57,531 nucleotides of DNA. It comes from Tubiluchus corallicola (Eukaryota > Animalia > Priapulida). The stretch is from the NCBI GenBank assembly GCA_030141605.1, contig JAQGDQ010002401.1, forward strand, positions 30,958-88,488, given 5' to 3'. Numbering within the stretch: the first letter of the stretch is position 1; each line of letters opens with the position of its first letter. Below, one piece after another: positions 11,672 through 22,353 of the stretch. A program made the translations under genes and the position numbers. The notes beneath the pieces were generated by a model. It was given only the letters and a program-made list of their open reading frames with translations. It had not been told where the DNA came from and did not search any database.

Positions 11672-12844
11672 ATGCCAATGTATTTTGATAACAGTGCAAC
11701 AACTCAGGTGGCGTTTGAGGTTTATCAAGCGATGATACCTTACTTCACTGAACGTTACGCAAACCCATCCAGCGTGCATACCCTCGGTACTCAGGCTTGT
11801 CTTGAGCTTGACAACTTTAGGAAGATCATTGCTGAGTTTTTAAATGCAGCCCACAAAGAAAATATAGTCTTTACAGGCTCAGGCACAGAGGCGGATAATA
11901 TTGCGATCATAGGTTCTGCACGAGCCTTGCTCGACAAAGGACGTCATATAATAACCACCAACATAGAACACAAGGCAATACTGGAATCTTGCAAATATTT
12001 GGAAGGGTGCGGTTTTAGGGTAACATATCTAAAGCCAAAGAAGGACGGCGTAATCTCTGTGCAGGATTTTGAAGAGGCCATCACTGATGACACCATAATG
12101 GCGAGCATCATGTATGTGAACAATGAACTCGGCACGATTCAGCCCATCAAAGAGATTGGCAAGATCACAAAAGCAAGGGGCATATACCTGCACACAGATG
12201 CAGTTCAAGCCGCTGGCAAGATCAAATTGGATGTTAAGGATCTGAATGTGGATATGCTATCTATATCTGGTCACAAAATATATGCTCCAAAGGGCATAGG
12301 TGTTCTCTATCTATCAGATGAGCTTAAAGATATTGTGAAGCCGGTCTTGTTCGGCGGCAAACAAGAGTTTGGCTTGCGCCCCGGCACAGAAAACATCCCG
12401 TACATTGCAGGCATGGCAAAAGCCTGCGAGATCATCTCTTCAACCCTTGACGAAGAGGTCGAGCACATCAGGTCATTGAGGGATATGTTTGAAGCCAAGC
12501 TCCTTGCAGAGCTCGATGATGTGTATATTAATGGCAACATTGATAAGAGAGTATGCTCATTATCGAATATTTCATTTAGCGGTATAGAGGCAGAAGCCTT
12601 AATGATTTACAGCAGCGAGATTTGCTGCTCTACGGGAAGTGCCTGTTCTTCGGGTGTTGAAGGGGCGTCCCACGTGTTGCAAGCTATAGATATTGATCCG
12701 ATAAGTCTTCACGGTACAATCAGATATTCTTTCGGCAGATACAACACGCGCCATGAAGTAGAAGAGGCGTTGGAAATAATCATCAACTCTGTGAAGAAGC
12801 TACAGTCGATGTCTCCTCTTCTCGATAGGAAGCAGGCGAGATAA
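11672..12844 (+). CDS. iscS: Cysteine desulfurase (IscS/NifS family)
   Basis: YFDNSATT, ANPSSVH, HTDAVQAAGK, SGHKIYAPKG (PLP Lys) and STGSACSS (catalytic Cys). Confidence 0.93.
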   Translation: MPMYFDNSATTQVAFEVYQAMIPYFTERYANPSSVHTLGTQACLELDNFRKIIAEFLNAAHKENIVFTGSGTEADNIAIIGSARALLDKGRHIITTNIEHKAILESCKYLEGCGFRVTYLKPKKDGVISVQDFEEAITDDTIMASIMYVNNELGTIQPIKEIGKITKARGIYLHTDAVQAAGKIKLDVKDLNVDMLSISGHKIYAPKGIGVLYLSDELKDIVKPVLFGGKQEFGLRPGTENIPYIAGMAKACEIISSTLDEEVEHIRSLRDMFEAKLLAELDDVYINGNIDKRVCSLSNISFSGIEAEALMIYSSEICCSTGSACSSGVEGASHVLQAIDIDPISLHGTIRYSFGRYNTRHEVEEALEIIINSVKKLQSMSPLLDRKQAR

Positions 12845-12849
12845 GTTGT

Positions 12850-13098
12850 ATGAGGAGCTCTAGGAAGACCCTTCTGGCAAACTTGGAAGAATTGGCTCAT
12901 AGGTTGAACATCAAGGTACGATATGAGACAACGAAAGCAAGGGGCGGTCTGTGCAAGCTTTACGGGAACTATGTCATCATCATAGACAAAAAATCCGGTC
13001 TAAACCACAAGATCGATGTGTTAGCATCTTCTTTGGGTGAAATGAACCTGGACGACGTTTATCTCTCCCCGGAGATAAGAGAGCTTGTTGGGATGTGA
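12850..13098 (+). CDS. Small hypothetical protein
   Basis: 82 aa ORF packed between iscS and nth, overlapping the nth start; contains RGGLCKL. Confidence 0.7.
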   Translation: MRSSRKTLLANLEELAHRLNIKVRYETTKARGGLCKLYGNYVIIIDKKSGLNHKIDVLASSLGEMNLDDVYLSPEIRELVGM

Positions 13099-13745
13099 TG
13101 GACGCTCTTTCAAAGCTTGACAAGATATATCATATCCTCTTGACAGAGAGCGCATCTTACGGTGTTCCATCCGTAACACTGGTTTCCCAAAATAGCTATA
13201 TGGATCCTTATAAGGTACTCATCTCCAGCATCATATCTCTACGCAACAGAGATAAGATAACGATCGAAGCATCCGAGAGACTTTTTCGACGAGCAGGTAC
13301 AGTTGGCGAAACTCTCAATCTATCACACAGCGAGATAGAGGCTTTGATCTATCCGACGACGTATTACAGAAATAAAGCCAAATTCATTAAAGCCGCAGCA
13401 GAAAAACTGGCGACCGAGTTTGATTCAAAAGTACCTAATGACATGGACACCCTCCTCACATTTTGTGGTGTCGGCAGAAAGGTCGCAAACCTCGTGTTAA
13501 TAGAGGCGTTTGGGATACCGGCGGTATGTGTAGACGTGCACGTTCATAGGATATTAAACAGGTTGGGCTTGGTGAAAACTGCCACACCCCTTGAGACAGA
13601 GCGGTGTATTAGGAATAATTTCCCGGAAAAATACTGGATTAAACTGAATGAAACCCTGGTTCTTTGGGGGCAAAATGTGTGTAAGCCTATAAAGTTTGAC
13701 TGCTCTGGTTGCAAATTGCTACAATATTGCTTACAAGTATACTAA
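13095..13745 (+). CDS. nth: Endonuclease III
   Basis: HhH GVGRKVAN, VDVHVHRI and C-terminal CX6CX2CX5C Fe-S motif. Confidence 0.93.
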   Translation: MMDALSKLDKIYHILLTESASYGVPSVTLVSQNSYMDPYKVLISSIISLRNRDKITIEASERLFRRAGTVGETLNLSHSEIEALIYPTTYYRNKAKFIKAAAEKLATEFDSKVPNDMDTLLTFCGVGRKVANLVLIEAFGIPAVCVDVHVHRILNRLGLVKTATPLETERCIRNNFPEKYWIKLNETLVLWGQNVCKPIKFDCSGCKLLQYCLQVY

Positions 13746-13765
13746 AGGGTGTAGGACCAAATATC

Positions 13766-14221
13766 ATGTATAAGGCAGATCAAAAAGATAAAAAGATATT
13801 GAACATACTGCAAAAGAACGGCAGAACCTCGTTTGCAGATATCGCAAAGGAGCTCGGCATCAGGAGCCCGTCTATAATAGATAGAATCAAGAGGATGGAG
13901 AACGAAGGGATTATAGAGGGGTATTCTGCATCGATCAATTATAATAAATTGGGTCTTGATATCACCGCTTTTGTGGGCGTTTACATGAGTGAGGCTGATT
14001 TTATAGAAGACTTTGAACGCAACCTAAGTGAAGTGGATGAGGACATCGTTGAATGTCATCACGTTACCGGGGATTTCACATTTATACTTAAGGTCATAAC
14101 GCAAAACAGATCCTCTTTGTCACTGCTGATCAAGAAGCTGCGAGCCATGCAGGGCATCACAAAGACTAACACTATACTTATTTTTTCCACTCCACTACAG
14201 CGAACAAAATATATTAAGTGA
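13766..14221 (+). CDS. Lrp/AsnC family transcriptional regulator
   Basis: DQKDKKILNILQKNGRTSFADIAKELG HTH and ECHHVTGDF. Confidence 0.93.
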   Translation: MYKADQKDKKILNILQKNGRTSFADIAKELGIRSPSIIDRIKRMENEGIIEGYSASINYNKLGLDITAFVGVYMSEADFIEDFERNLSEVDEDIVECHHVTGDFTFILKVITQNRSSLSLLIKKLRAMQGITKTNTILIFSTPLQRTKYIK

Positions 14222-14988
14222 TGAATATCTCGGTTGTACTCCCGGTCTACAATAGGACATCATCCCTTGCGAGCTCCATTGAGAGCGTCTTTTCCCAAAC
14301 CCTACAGCCGCATGAAATAATAGTGGTTGATGATGGCTCAAACGCTCAAACGTATGATGCGCTTAAGCCTTACCTGAACAGGATAAAATACATACGACAC
14401 CCAAAAAACAGAGGAGTTTCAGCTGCAAGAAATACCGGCACTAAATATGCCAGCGGCGACTTTATAGCATACCTTGACTCAGACGATATATGGCTTCCTC
14501 CAAAGCTTCGCATTCAAGCGGACGCCCTCACAAGCTCATCCAAACTTGTGTGCCATACCGATGAGTTCTGGTTCAAAAAAGACAAGTGGGTAAACAGCGG
14601 CAAGAAACATCTGAAATACGGAGGCAGCGTATTTTGTGAAAACCTCGACAAATGCAGAATGAGCCCTTCTTCTCTGATGATCGCTAGAACAGTATTCGAC
14701 AGAATCAAATTTTGGAATGAAGATTTACAGGTTTGTGAAGACTATGAATTTAACTTAAGATTATGCGCAGACTTTGATATTTTGTATATACCGATAAAGA
14801 CCGTTGTAAAAAGAGCTCTTGAAGAGAACTCCTTGAGCTCTTCCATAAAGCATATTGAATTTGAAAGGCTGAAAGCCCTTTGTAAGTTACTAAATCAGAA
14901 CCGCCTTAGACATAGCCTAAAAGCCTCAGCTTTGAGGGAGTTTGACAGAAAGTTTGATATAGTCAAGAGGGGCATGGACAAAACTTAA
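14218..14988 (+). CDS. Glycosyltransferase family 2
   Basis: SVVLPVYNR, VVDDGS, GVSAARN, YLDSDD and CEDY motifs. Confidence 0.92.
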   Translation: MMNISVVLPVYNRTSSLASSIESVFSQTLQPHEIIVVDDGSNAQTYDALKPYLNRIKYIRHPKNRGVSAARNTGTKYASGDFIAYLDSDDIWLPPKLRIQADALTSSSKLVCHTDEFWFKKDKWVNSGKKHLKYGGSVFCENLDKCRMSPSSLMIARTVFDRIKFWNEDLQVCEDYEFNLRLCADFDILYIPIKTVVKRALEENSLSSSIKHIEFERLKALCKLLNQNRLRHSLKASALREFDRKFDIVKRGMDKT

Positions 14989-15009
14989 GTCATTGCAAAT
15001 CATACGTAA

Positions 15010-16383
15010 ATGTACTACAATACCTGTATGATGGGTCGTATGAGAGCTATTTTGTCAGTAGTGTTTTTGTTGTCTATTGTGGCGGGTTGCACAGGTCGCA
15101 ATGTTGATCATTATGAAGCCACAACCGCAAGTATAGATACCAGTATCACCGTACTGCAGCCTGTTAGTCTTGTGTCGCCAGCCTTCCACATAAAGCGTGA
15201 AGAGAATCGCTTCACGGATGCGTCCGTCGGCCTCAAGTCTGGCGCGACTGAGTACGACTTCCCCATAATAATGAATTCACGTGTCGATTTTTACATAAAA
15301 TATTACACAACTACCGCCAGAAAGACATTTCAGCTTTGGCTCGATCGGTCAAACAAATATACGTACATAATCCAAGATATTTTTGCAAGGGAAAACCTCC
15401 CGACGGATCTAATGGCTTTACCATTTGCAGAAAGCGGATACAGCTCATATGCCCACTCACACGCAGGAGCTTTAGGCATATGGCAGTTCATTGCAACTAC
15501 TGCTGATATGTATGGCTTGAAAATGGATTTTTGGGTGGATGACAGAAGAGATTTTGAAAAAGCAACCGTCTCTGCAGCAGCTTATCTCAATAAATCCTAC
15601 AAAAGGTTCGGAGACTGGAATCTTGCCGTGGCGTCATACAACTCCGGGCCCGGACATATCTCAAAAGGGATACGCGTCACAGGCAGTAAAGATTTTTACA
15701 ACATGGTAAATAGAAAAGTGCTCCCCTATGAAACCCGAGAATACATACCGAAATACACAGCCCTTCTCATAATAGCGCGTAACTACCCGGATTACGGTTT
15801 TCGCCCACCGGCTGAAGAACCTCTTCTGTTTGATAAGATAGAACTTCCATCCCAGGCAAACCTCTACGTAATAGCAGATCTTTTGGACGTGGATTACAGA
15901 GTGCTAAAGGAACTTAATCCCGCATTACTTCACCCTGTCACTCCTCCTAGAAAATATACCGTCAGAGTCCCGTATGGCAGCGGAGAAGGCTTGGCAAAAA
16001 AGATCAAACATATGGAGCCAGGACAACTCCTGCAGTTTACGTTGATAAATGCGAGATACGGTCAGAGCGTTAACAGTCTGGCAAAAAAATATGGCACAAC
16101 TTCCACACTATTAAAAAAGACGAACGGCCTTCGTTCGGATAAGATATACATGAATAGGCCAATATTTGTTCCCCATAACAAATACTATGACAGCAAGATC
16201 AATAAAAATTTTGTAGTAAAAACAAAATACAGCGCCACCAACATCTACATTGTAAAGAAGGGGGATAGCATGTATTCCATAGCGAAAAAATTCAATACAA
16301 CTGTAGCTGCGCTGATGAAGCTAAATAGAAACATCAAATCCGACCTGATTCGCCCAGGTCAGAAGATAATAATATCCACATAA
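15010..16383 (+). CDS. mltD: Lytic murein transglycosylase D-like lipoprotein (SLT + LysM)
   Basis: Lipobox VAGC; AESG, GIWQF, ASYNSG and ETREYIPK; C-terminal LysM (YIVKKGDSMYSIAKKF). Confidence 0.9.
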   Translation: MYYNTCMMGRMRAILSVVFLLSIVAGCTGRNVDHYEATTASIDTSITVLQPVSLVSPAFHIKREENRFTDASVGLKSGATEYDFPIIMNSRVDFYIKYYTTTARKTFQLWLDRSNKYTYIIQDIFARENLPTDLMALPFAESGYSSYAHSHAGALGIWQFIATTADMYGLKMDFWVDDRRDFEKATVSAAAYLNKSYKRFGDWNLAVASYNSGPGHISKGIRVTGSKDFYNMVNRKVLPYETREYIPKYTALLIIARNYPDYGFRPPAEEPLLFDKIELPSQANLYVIADLLDVDYRVLKELNPALLHPVTPPRKYTVRVPYGSGEGLAKKIKHMEPGQLLQFTLINARYGQSVNSLAKKYGTTSTLLKKTNGLRSDKIYMNRPIFVPHNKYYDSKINKNFVVKTKYSATNIYIVKKGDSMYSIAKKFNTTVAALMKLNRNIKSDLIRPGQKIIIST

Positions 16384-16405
16384 ACCCTTCTCATCGGCAA
16401 AAAAA

Positions 16406-18205
16406 TCACAGCCAGCGTTGCACCCTCTTGATACCGAGTTTCTTCATCCTTGATACAAGTGTTTTAGGGTTGATTTCCAATATTTTTGCGGCGCCATCTT
16501 CACCACTGACCTTCCAATCGGTCATCTTCAACACCTTCATTATATGCCGCCTCTCATTTTCCTCCATGGATAAAACTGAAGAACTGCCATCAGTAACACT
16601 CAACGCATCTTCACTCCAGCGATCTATCTCGAGCATCTCCCCGTAAGATATAACCACCCCTCTCAAGACAATATTCTCAAGCTCTCTCACGTTTCCGGGC
16701 CAATTGTAGGAACTGAACAGTTCCATAAGCTTGTGCGGCACGCTTCTAACATTTCTGCCAAACTGCTCTCCGTACTTCTTGACAAAATGCTCAACCAAAA
16801 GGGGTATATCAGCCCTCCTTTCCCTCAAGGGTGGGCAGTATATCGGAAATACATTCAATCTATAGAACAGATCTCTCCTAAAAGAATAATCCATGGACAT
16901 GGCTTCAAGATTCTGATTGGTCGCAGCGATAATTCTTACATCAACCTTAACAGTTTGCGAACTTCCGAGCTTCTCGAACTCTCCTTCCTGCAGAACCCTA
17001 AGGAGCTTTGCTTGAATATCTAAGGGTAGCTCCCCGACCTCGTCCAAAAATATAGTGCCGCCATCGGCAATTTCAAACCTTCCAGCTTTGCGCCGAACAG
17101 CCCCGGTAAACGCGCCCTTTTCGTGACCAAACAACTCGCTTTCAATTAGATTCGGTTGTAGTGACGCGCAATTCACCCTAACCAAAGACTTATCACGCCT
17201 ATCGCTCATCATATGGATGCCCCTGGCAATCAATTCTTTGCCCGTGCCGGTCTCGCCATAGATGATAGTAGTAACGTCAGTTCCCGCAACTTGCACAGCC
17301 TCGTCAATAACCCGCTTATATTCGTTAGAAGTATATATAATGTCTCCAAAGCTGTCGGAAATATCCAGCTCCTTTGCAGAAAAAGGTCTTTTATCATGTG
17401 ACCGATCTCCAAGATCTGCTGCTTCAGAAATATGCGTCCCAACCTCAATATGTTCGTAGTCAGATACATCATGGATAACCATAATGAAGTAATCAAATTT
17501 TCCATCGCTATATTTGGGCAAAATAAACACTTTGCACCACATTTTTCTTCCGTTTGGGCAACTTATCCGTACTTTCTGGTATTCCTCGAGCCCCTCTACA
17601 CCGTGGTAAATGCCGTTACTCCATTTAACAAGCTTTTTAAAGTCTGTACTTGAAAGATAGGATGAAAACTTCTTTCCATATATCTCCGTCTCATCACACT
17701 CCAGATACTTGCACAACGTCCCGTTTGCGAGTAACAACTCACCCCTAGCCGATATGTGAGCAATCCCGATCGGCACCAAGTCAAAAGTATCTTTAAAGCA
17801 ATGTTTGAGGACTTTAAGCCGATCTGCCGAAAGACAGAACTCTCCGATAACCCAGAAAATAACGTATGAAAAGGCGTTGCCCACAGCTTCATGGTATATG
17901 ATTTCCGCATCAAGAGTGTCGCCATCCCCTTTTAAGAACTTGGCAGCAGACATCTCCCCAAGATGGACGCATCCCCCCATCTGGTCAATATTGTGACCAT
18001 CGAGGGTCTGGATTATGCTCCCAACTTTCATGCCCACAATCTTGTCATATTTTAACGTGCGTAGACAGTGTTCATTGCTGCCTAGTATGGTAGAATCATC
18101 GCCAAACCAAAACATTCCAAATGTGCTAGCATCTGCCTGCAACAACAAATCACAAACAACGTCTTCAAAACGGATACCCCCGGCACAACCGTCCGATACC
18201 ACCAT
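16406..18205 (-). CDS. PAS-domain sigma-54-dependent transcriptional activator
   Basis: PAS-like N-terminus; [37 protein letters not shown] and Fis-type HTH. Confidence 0.95.
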   Translation of the reverse strand: MVVSDGCAGGIRFEDVVCDLLLQADASTFGMFWFGDDSTILGSNEHCLRTLKYDKIVGMKVGSIIQTLDGHNIDQMGGCVHLGEMSAAKFLKGDGDTLDAEIIYHEAVGNAFSYVIFWVIGEFCLSADRLKVLKHCFKDTFDLVPIGIAHISARGELLLANGTLCKYLECDETEIYGKKFSSYLSSTDFKKLVKWSNGIYHGVEGLEEYQKVRISCPNGRKMWCKVFILPKYSDGKFDYFIMVIHDVSDYEHIEVGTHISEAADLGDRSHDKRPFSAKELDISDSFGDIIYTSNEYKRVIDEAVQVAGTDVTTIIYGETGTGKELIARGIHMMSDRRDKSLVRVNCASLQPNLIESELFGHEKGAFTGAVRRKAGRFEIADGGTIFLDEVGELPLDIQAKLLRVLQEGEFEKLGSSQTVKVDVRIIAATNQNLEAMSMDYSFRRDLFYRLNVFPIYCPPLRERRADIPLLVEHFVKKYGEQFGRNVRSVPHKLMELFSSYNWPGNVRELENIVLRGVVISYGEMLEIDRWSEDALSVTDGSSSVLSMEENERRHIMKVLKMTDWKVSGEDGAAKILEINPKTLVSRMKKLGIKRVQRWL

Positions 18206-18353
18206 GGCATAATCCTCAAATCGTTTTCTATATATGGAACTATGATATTACGTTTCACCCTCAATTACAACAATACCATCAAAATATTTGTAACTCCCTA
18301 TGACCGAAATTATGTTAATATCGTCTTATGCAGATAAAGTTTTGGAGTTTGAT

Positions 18354-18845
18354 ATGCTTGATAGAAAGTTCATGAAGGAGATATTGAATACTCTGTTCTC
18401 TTACTATCCGAGAAAATGTCACACGATTTATGGCACAACGGAAAGCGAGCAAGAGAAGGTCGCGGTTAATCTGAAGTATCTTGAAGAATGGGGTTTGGTC
18501 GTGTCTGGAGTTGAATTTAGCTGGGATGGCAGTCTAGCTCTTGTGGGGGCAAATATCACCGCTGCAGGCATAGACTTCATCCTTGACGATGGTGGATTGG
18601 AAAGCATCAAGAATGATCAAAAGGTAACAATAGGAAAGAATGAGATCATAGAGATAATAAAGTTATCCATGGAAAAATGCCCTGCGGACGAGGCTTCTGC
18701 CACCATTAGCTCAAATGTGGAGAAACAGATTACAAAAAAACTGGATATGATGAGCCCTTTGGAGATAAAGGACTATATGAAAAGAGTCTTTGGAGTGTCT
18801 ATTAAAAACAACATGCATGTCCTAAGGGCAGAGCTAGACCTCTAG
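18354..18845 (+). CDS. Hypothetical protein, probable winged-helix N-terminal domain
   Basis: ATG at 18354 after GGAG; NLKYLEEWGLV...ITAAGIDF pattern typical of wHTH folds. Confidence 0.7.
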   Translation: MLDRKFMKEILNTLFSYYPRKCHTIYGTTESEQEKVAVNLKYLEEWGLVVSGVEFSWDGSLALVGANITAAGIDFILDDGGLESIKNDQKVTIGKNEIIEIIKLSMEKCPADEASATISSNVEKQITKKLDMMSPLEIKDYMKRVFGVSIKNNMHVLRAELDL

Positions 18846-18914
18846 GTATTGATCAAGATCACAAACAAACCTAGAACCACTGGATGAGGCTAAACTTGTT
18901 ATTCCACATCGTTT

Positions 18915-19484
18915 TCACTGTTTTCTACGGTAGTTGATGTACGCCACAATCGGGATTATATAGATCATGGTCGAAACCATCCTCGAGTATATCAGTGGGG
19001 CCAGGGTCTTTTCGTTAAAATTGAAAAAGAGCACCATCATAGTTGTAATAAATACCACCAGCGCATAGACCACCTGTACCGTAAAAAAATTTTTCTTGAT
19101 AAAACGGTAAGAGAGTGCAAAAGCAAACCCAGCAAATATATAGCTAGGCAGGGCGGGGGAGTAATAGTTTGTGATTATATGCTCCCAGTCCGGTATGCCC
19201 TGAGAAAAGACCACGAGCGGAATATATATAATAAACATAGATAGAGCTGCCTGAAATATCGCTCTGTCCTTCCCGTCCAAATAGTAAACCAAGATCAGAG
19301 ACATAAGATCGTAAAGCATATAAAGCGTGGAAAATATAAAAATGAAAGATGAAAAATACCCCAATACCTTAAAGAAATACAGGTATTCCTGAAAGCTAAA
19401 AAACATAACAGCACATACAAAAGATATGGACAAAGCCTTTACATTCACTACAATGTTTTTTATATATAAATCAGTGTCCCACAT
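18915..19484 (-). CDS. Hypothetical integral membrane protein (about 6 TM)
   Basis: 189 aa strongly hydrophobic ORF with no recognisable motif. Confidence 0.65.
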   Translation of the reverse strand: MWDTDLYIKNIVVNVKALSISFVCAVMFFSFQEYLYFFKVLGYFSSFIFIFSTLYMLYDLMSLILVYYLDGKDRAIFQAALSMFIIYIPLVVFSQGIPDWEHIITNYYSPALPSYIFAGFAFALSYRFIKKNFFTVQVVYALVVFITTMMVLFFNFNEKTLAPLIYSRMVSTMIYIIPIVAYINYRRKQ

Positions 19485-19593
19485 GACGAAGCATAGTAAT
19501 GCATGTTTGGCAAAAGTTCAAATGTTTTTGCAATCACGAGTTTTGTGGTAGACCTTTTAATGTCGTTCACTCAAAGAGTTAGGGGAGTAAGTT

Positions 19594-20193
19594 ATGCATA
19601 TACATCAACATCAGTCAGGTTTTTTAAAGAATTTCTCTTACTTTATAGTCTGTAAAAGGGGGAAGAAGGGTTTGGTCATCGATCCTCATCCTTCGACGTT
19701 AAAACTCGTGGAGAAAGCCCTCAAGGAAGGCATATCTGTAACCCACATCGTAAACACCCACACTCACCATGATCATATCGGAGGAAATGACGTAATAAAA
19801 GAGAAAACAGGAGCACTGATATGTATGCATCCGCTAGAATTTGAACGTAAAAGTGCTGATAAGCTTTTAAACGATGGTGATACGATCGAACTGGGGAATT
19901 TAACCGTCCAGGTTATGCACACTCCAGGGCACTCACCCGGCTCTATATGCTTGCTCATTCATGGAAATTTATTCACAGGAGACACCTTATTTGTGGGCGA
20001 TAGCGGTCGCACAGACCTAGATGGAGGAGACAGACCTACCCTTGGAGCTTCAATCAGAAGACTTATGACATTGCCTGACAACACCGTAATTTGGCCAGGA
20101 CACAACTACGGCAAGAAGAAAAGCTCTACCATAAAATGGGAAAAAAGTAATAATGTAAACGCAAAAGAATACGGATTTTACGTTGAGAAATAG
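19594..20193 (+). CDS. MBL-fold metallo-hydrolase (glyoxalase II-like)
   Basis: THTHHDHIGG, HTPGHSPG, FTGDTLF and WPGH motifs. Confidence 0.93.
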   Translation: MHIHQHQSGFLKNFSYFIVCKRGKKGLVIDPHPSTLKLVEKALKEGISVTHIVNTHTHHDHIGGNDVIKEKTGALICMHPLEFERKSADKLLNDGDTIELGNLTVQVMHTPGHSPGSICLLIHGNLFTGDTLFVGDSGRTDLDGGDRPTLGASIRRLMTLPDNTVIWPGHNYGKKKSSTIKWEKSNNVNAKEYGFYVEK

Positions 20194-20270
20194 AGTTTAC
20201 CCTATACTGCCTTGAAAAAAACAGAAGAACAGATAGGCATTAGACCTTTTGCAAGATAAAGGCAAAAATT

Positions 20271-21686
20271 TTAGGGAAAGGGAGTATTAGATTCAAAAGT
20301 TAGATCCTGGTACTCTGACACCAAATACCTGTCAGAAAGTGAAAATAGATAGTCCAAAATCATAAGTCTGTAAGGGAAGTTGTCATCGATCAGAGCACCT
20401 CTCTGCTCCATCAGACGAACAAATGCCTGATCATTTTTCAAGCGGAGCCCTGTGTTGAATGAGTGTTTTAGAAACGTCTCGGACCTGCCCCGCAACAGAG
20501 TCACAAATTTTTCCAGCCTATTTTCGTCACTAAAACTGTTTAGGGCATCGTTGAGGAAGAAACAGAATCTCTTTATCAGCTCTCTCTGTTTTAGCTCAAA
20601 CCGCAAATTGAGTTGTGATGTGTAAAGGAGATCTTCATACAATTTATGGGCGGTGTTGAGTTGTTTTGCAAGCACCCTAGTATCTTTATCCAAGCTATAG
20701 TCAATGATCCCTTGATAGGTAGGTATCACCCCATTTATATTATTTTGTCGCTGCTCTCCCTCCGCCACCACCTTTATTATAACCATGACTGCTACGGATA
20801 TGGCCAGATTGACGAAACAGCGCTCCACTAGCTTTGGATACTCGTCATACTTATCGAACGCATCTTCAAACTTCTTTATCAGCGGCTCAATGTCACCATA
20901 GTCCCCGCTTGTGCTATCCATCTGACGTGGCAACGCACGAAACATCTTTGATACATCGGTAAAAAAATTCTTTACCAGAGAAGCATCTCCAACCCTCCGC
21001 ATATCTTCCACATCGTGGCACATCTGCGCGACTTCATCAGCATAAGCCACAATAGCGCTCTCCATCATCAAGGGCGCCCTATCCCTAAAGATCGTTTCGA
21101 CACTTTCTGAACGAAACTTGCTCCCATGAAAATCCTTGCCATAGGCACCATAAATCATGGAGTACATTTCCATTTCACCTTCTGTGATGCTGGAATGCTT
21201 CAATATGCCGTCCATGGTACCTATCATTAGATTTAGACCGAAGAAATCGGGCAAATAGTGTTTTTCAAGAAACGACACCACCTTTAGGCTGTGAAAAGAG
21301 TGCCTGTATTTGTTCTCCAAACCATCAAATCTGTCATGGAACAGAAAACTGTACATCAGCCTTTCAGACGTGTGCCCAAACGGAGCATGCCCCAAATCAT
21401 GACCAAGTGCAACAGCTTCCGTTGCGGGCAGGCTGAGGCTCTGTTTCAGGATCCCTCTTTTATTTATGGAGTTCACTATTGATGATGCTATCTGCATCAC
21501 TTCAAAGGAATGGGTGAGTCTTGTCCTGATGTGTTCGCTCAATGTGCTTATTATGGGTATAACTTGAGTCTTAAAGCTCAGCCTTCTAAAGCTCCTGCAA
21601 AAAAGTATTCTGTCCCTATCCCTAGTAAAGTTATCTCTAGTGTCTACGGCAGATGCGGTATCTTCCGCATTGAGCAACCTTTGCAT
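20271..21686 (-). CDS. dgt: dNTP (dGTP) triphosphohydrolase, HD family
   Basis: RDRDRIL, FRRLSFKTQV, RTRLTHS, HDLGHAPFGH and ADEVAQMCHDVED motifs. Confidence 0.88.
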   Translation of the reverse strand: MQRLLNAEDTASAVDTRDNFTRDRDRILFCRSFRRLSFKTQVIPIISTLSEHIRTRLTHSFEVMQIASSIVNSINKRGILKQSLSLPATEAVALGHDLGHAPFGHTSERLMYSFLFHDRFDGLENKYRHSFHSLKVVSFLEKHYLPDFFGLNLMIGTMDGILKHSSITEGEMEMYSMIYGAYGKDFHGSKFRSESVETIFRDRAPLMMESAIVAYADEVAQMCHDVEDMRRVGDASLVKNFFTDVSKMFRALPRQMDSTSGDYGDIEPLIKKFEDAFDKYDEYPKLVERCFVNLAISVAVMVIIKVVAEGEQRQNNINGVIPTYQGIIDYSLDKDTRVLAKQLNTAHKLYEDLLYTSQLNLRFELKQRELIKRFCFFLNDALNSFSDENRLEKFVTLLRGRSETFLKHSFNTGLRLKNDQAFVRLMEQRGALIDDNFPYRLMILDYLFSLSDRYLVSEYQDLTFESNTPFP

Positions 21687-21704
21687 GTTTCACCTGAATT
21701 ACAT

Positions 21705-22295
21705 CTATTTGAAGACAACATTCATAACATAGTCGTGACAAATTTTCAAAAACTCATCAACATTTTCATTTGCAATCTTCACTTCGATTATAACATTCTC
21801 GCTGTAGCTTTCATCGATTACTACACCATTCATCTGTCCCATGATGTATTTAAACTGTTTCAAATCTTTATACAACACTTCCATGAGAAAAACTCTTCCA
21901 TCTATCTTTTGCACACAATCGATATTTGACAGAGCAGAAGCAGTCACGGACGCATACGTTCTGGCAAGGGGTCCAGTTCCAAACTTTATACCGCCAAAAT
22001 ACCTTGTAACAACTACAACCACTTCGCAGATATCCGAATGCATTAGTGCGTTTAGTATCGGTTTTCCTGCGCTGCCGGCAGGTTCGCCGTCATCGCTGGC
22101 ACACACTTTGGTCTCATCTCCTGTCGTTCCGATTTTATACGCCCAACAGTTGTGGCTAGCTCTTTGGTGAAGGCATTTTATCTCTTCTATGAACTTCCGA
22201 GCAGATGCCACGTCTTCTGCATGAGCAATGTGAGTAATAAACTTGCTCTTCCTGATGACGTCAATAAACTCATTTCGCCCCAAAGGTACAAGCAC
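21705..22295 (-). CDS. yigZ: IMPACT/YigZ family protein
   Basis: IRKSKFI, ASHNCWAY, SDDGEPAGSAG and VTRYFGGIK motifs. Confidence 0.93.
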   Translation of the reverse strand: MLVPLGRNEFIDVIRKSKFITHIAHAEDVASARKFIEEIKCLHQRASHNCWAYKIGTTGDETKVCASDDGEPAGSAGKPILNALMHSDICEVVVVVTRYFGGIKFGTGPLARTYASVTASALSNIDCVQKIDGRVFLMEVLYKDLKQFKYIMGQMNGVVIDESYSENVIIEVKIANENVDEFLKICHDYVMNVVFK

Positions 22296-22353
22296 AATCT
22301 ACCTTCCTCTAAAAAAACTTGGTATCGCAGCGAAACAATGATAGCATAAGTGA

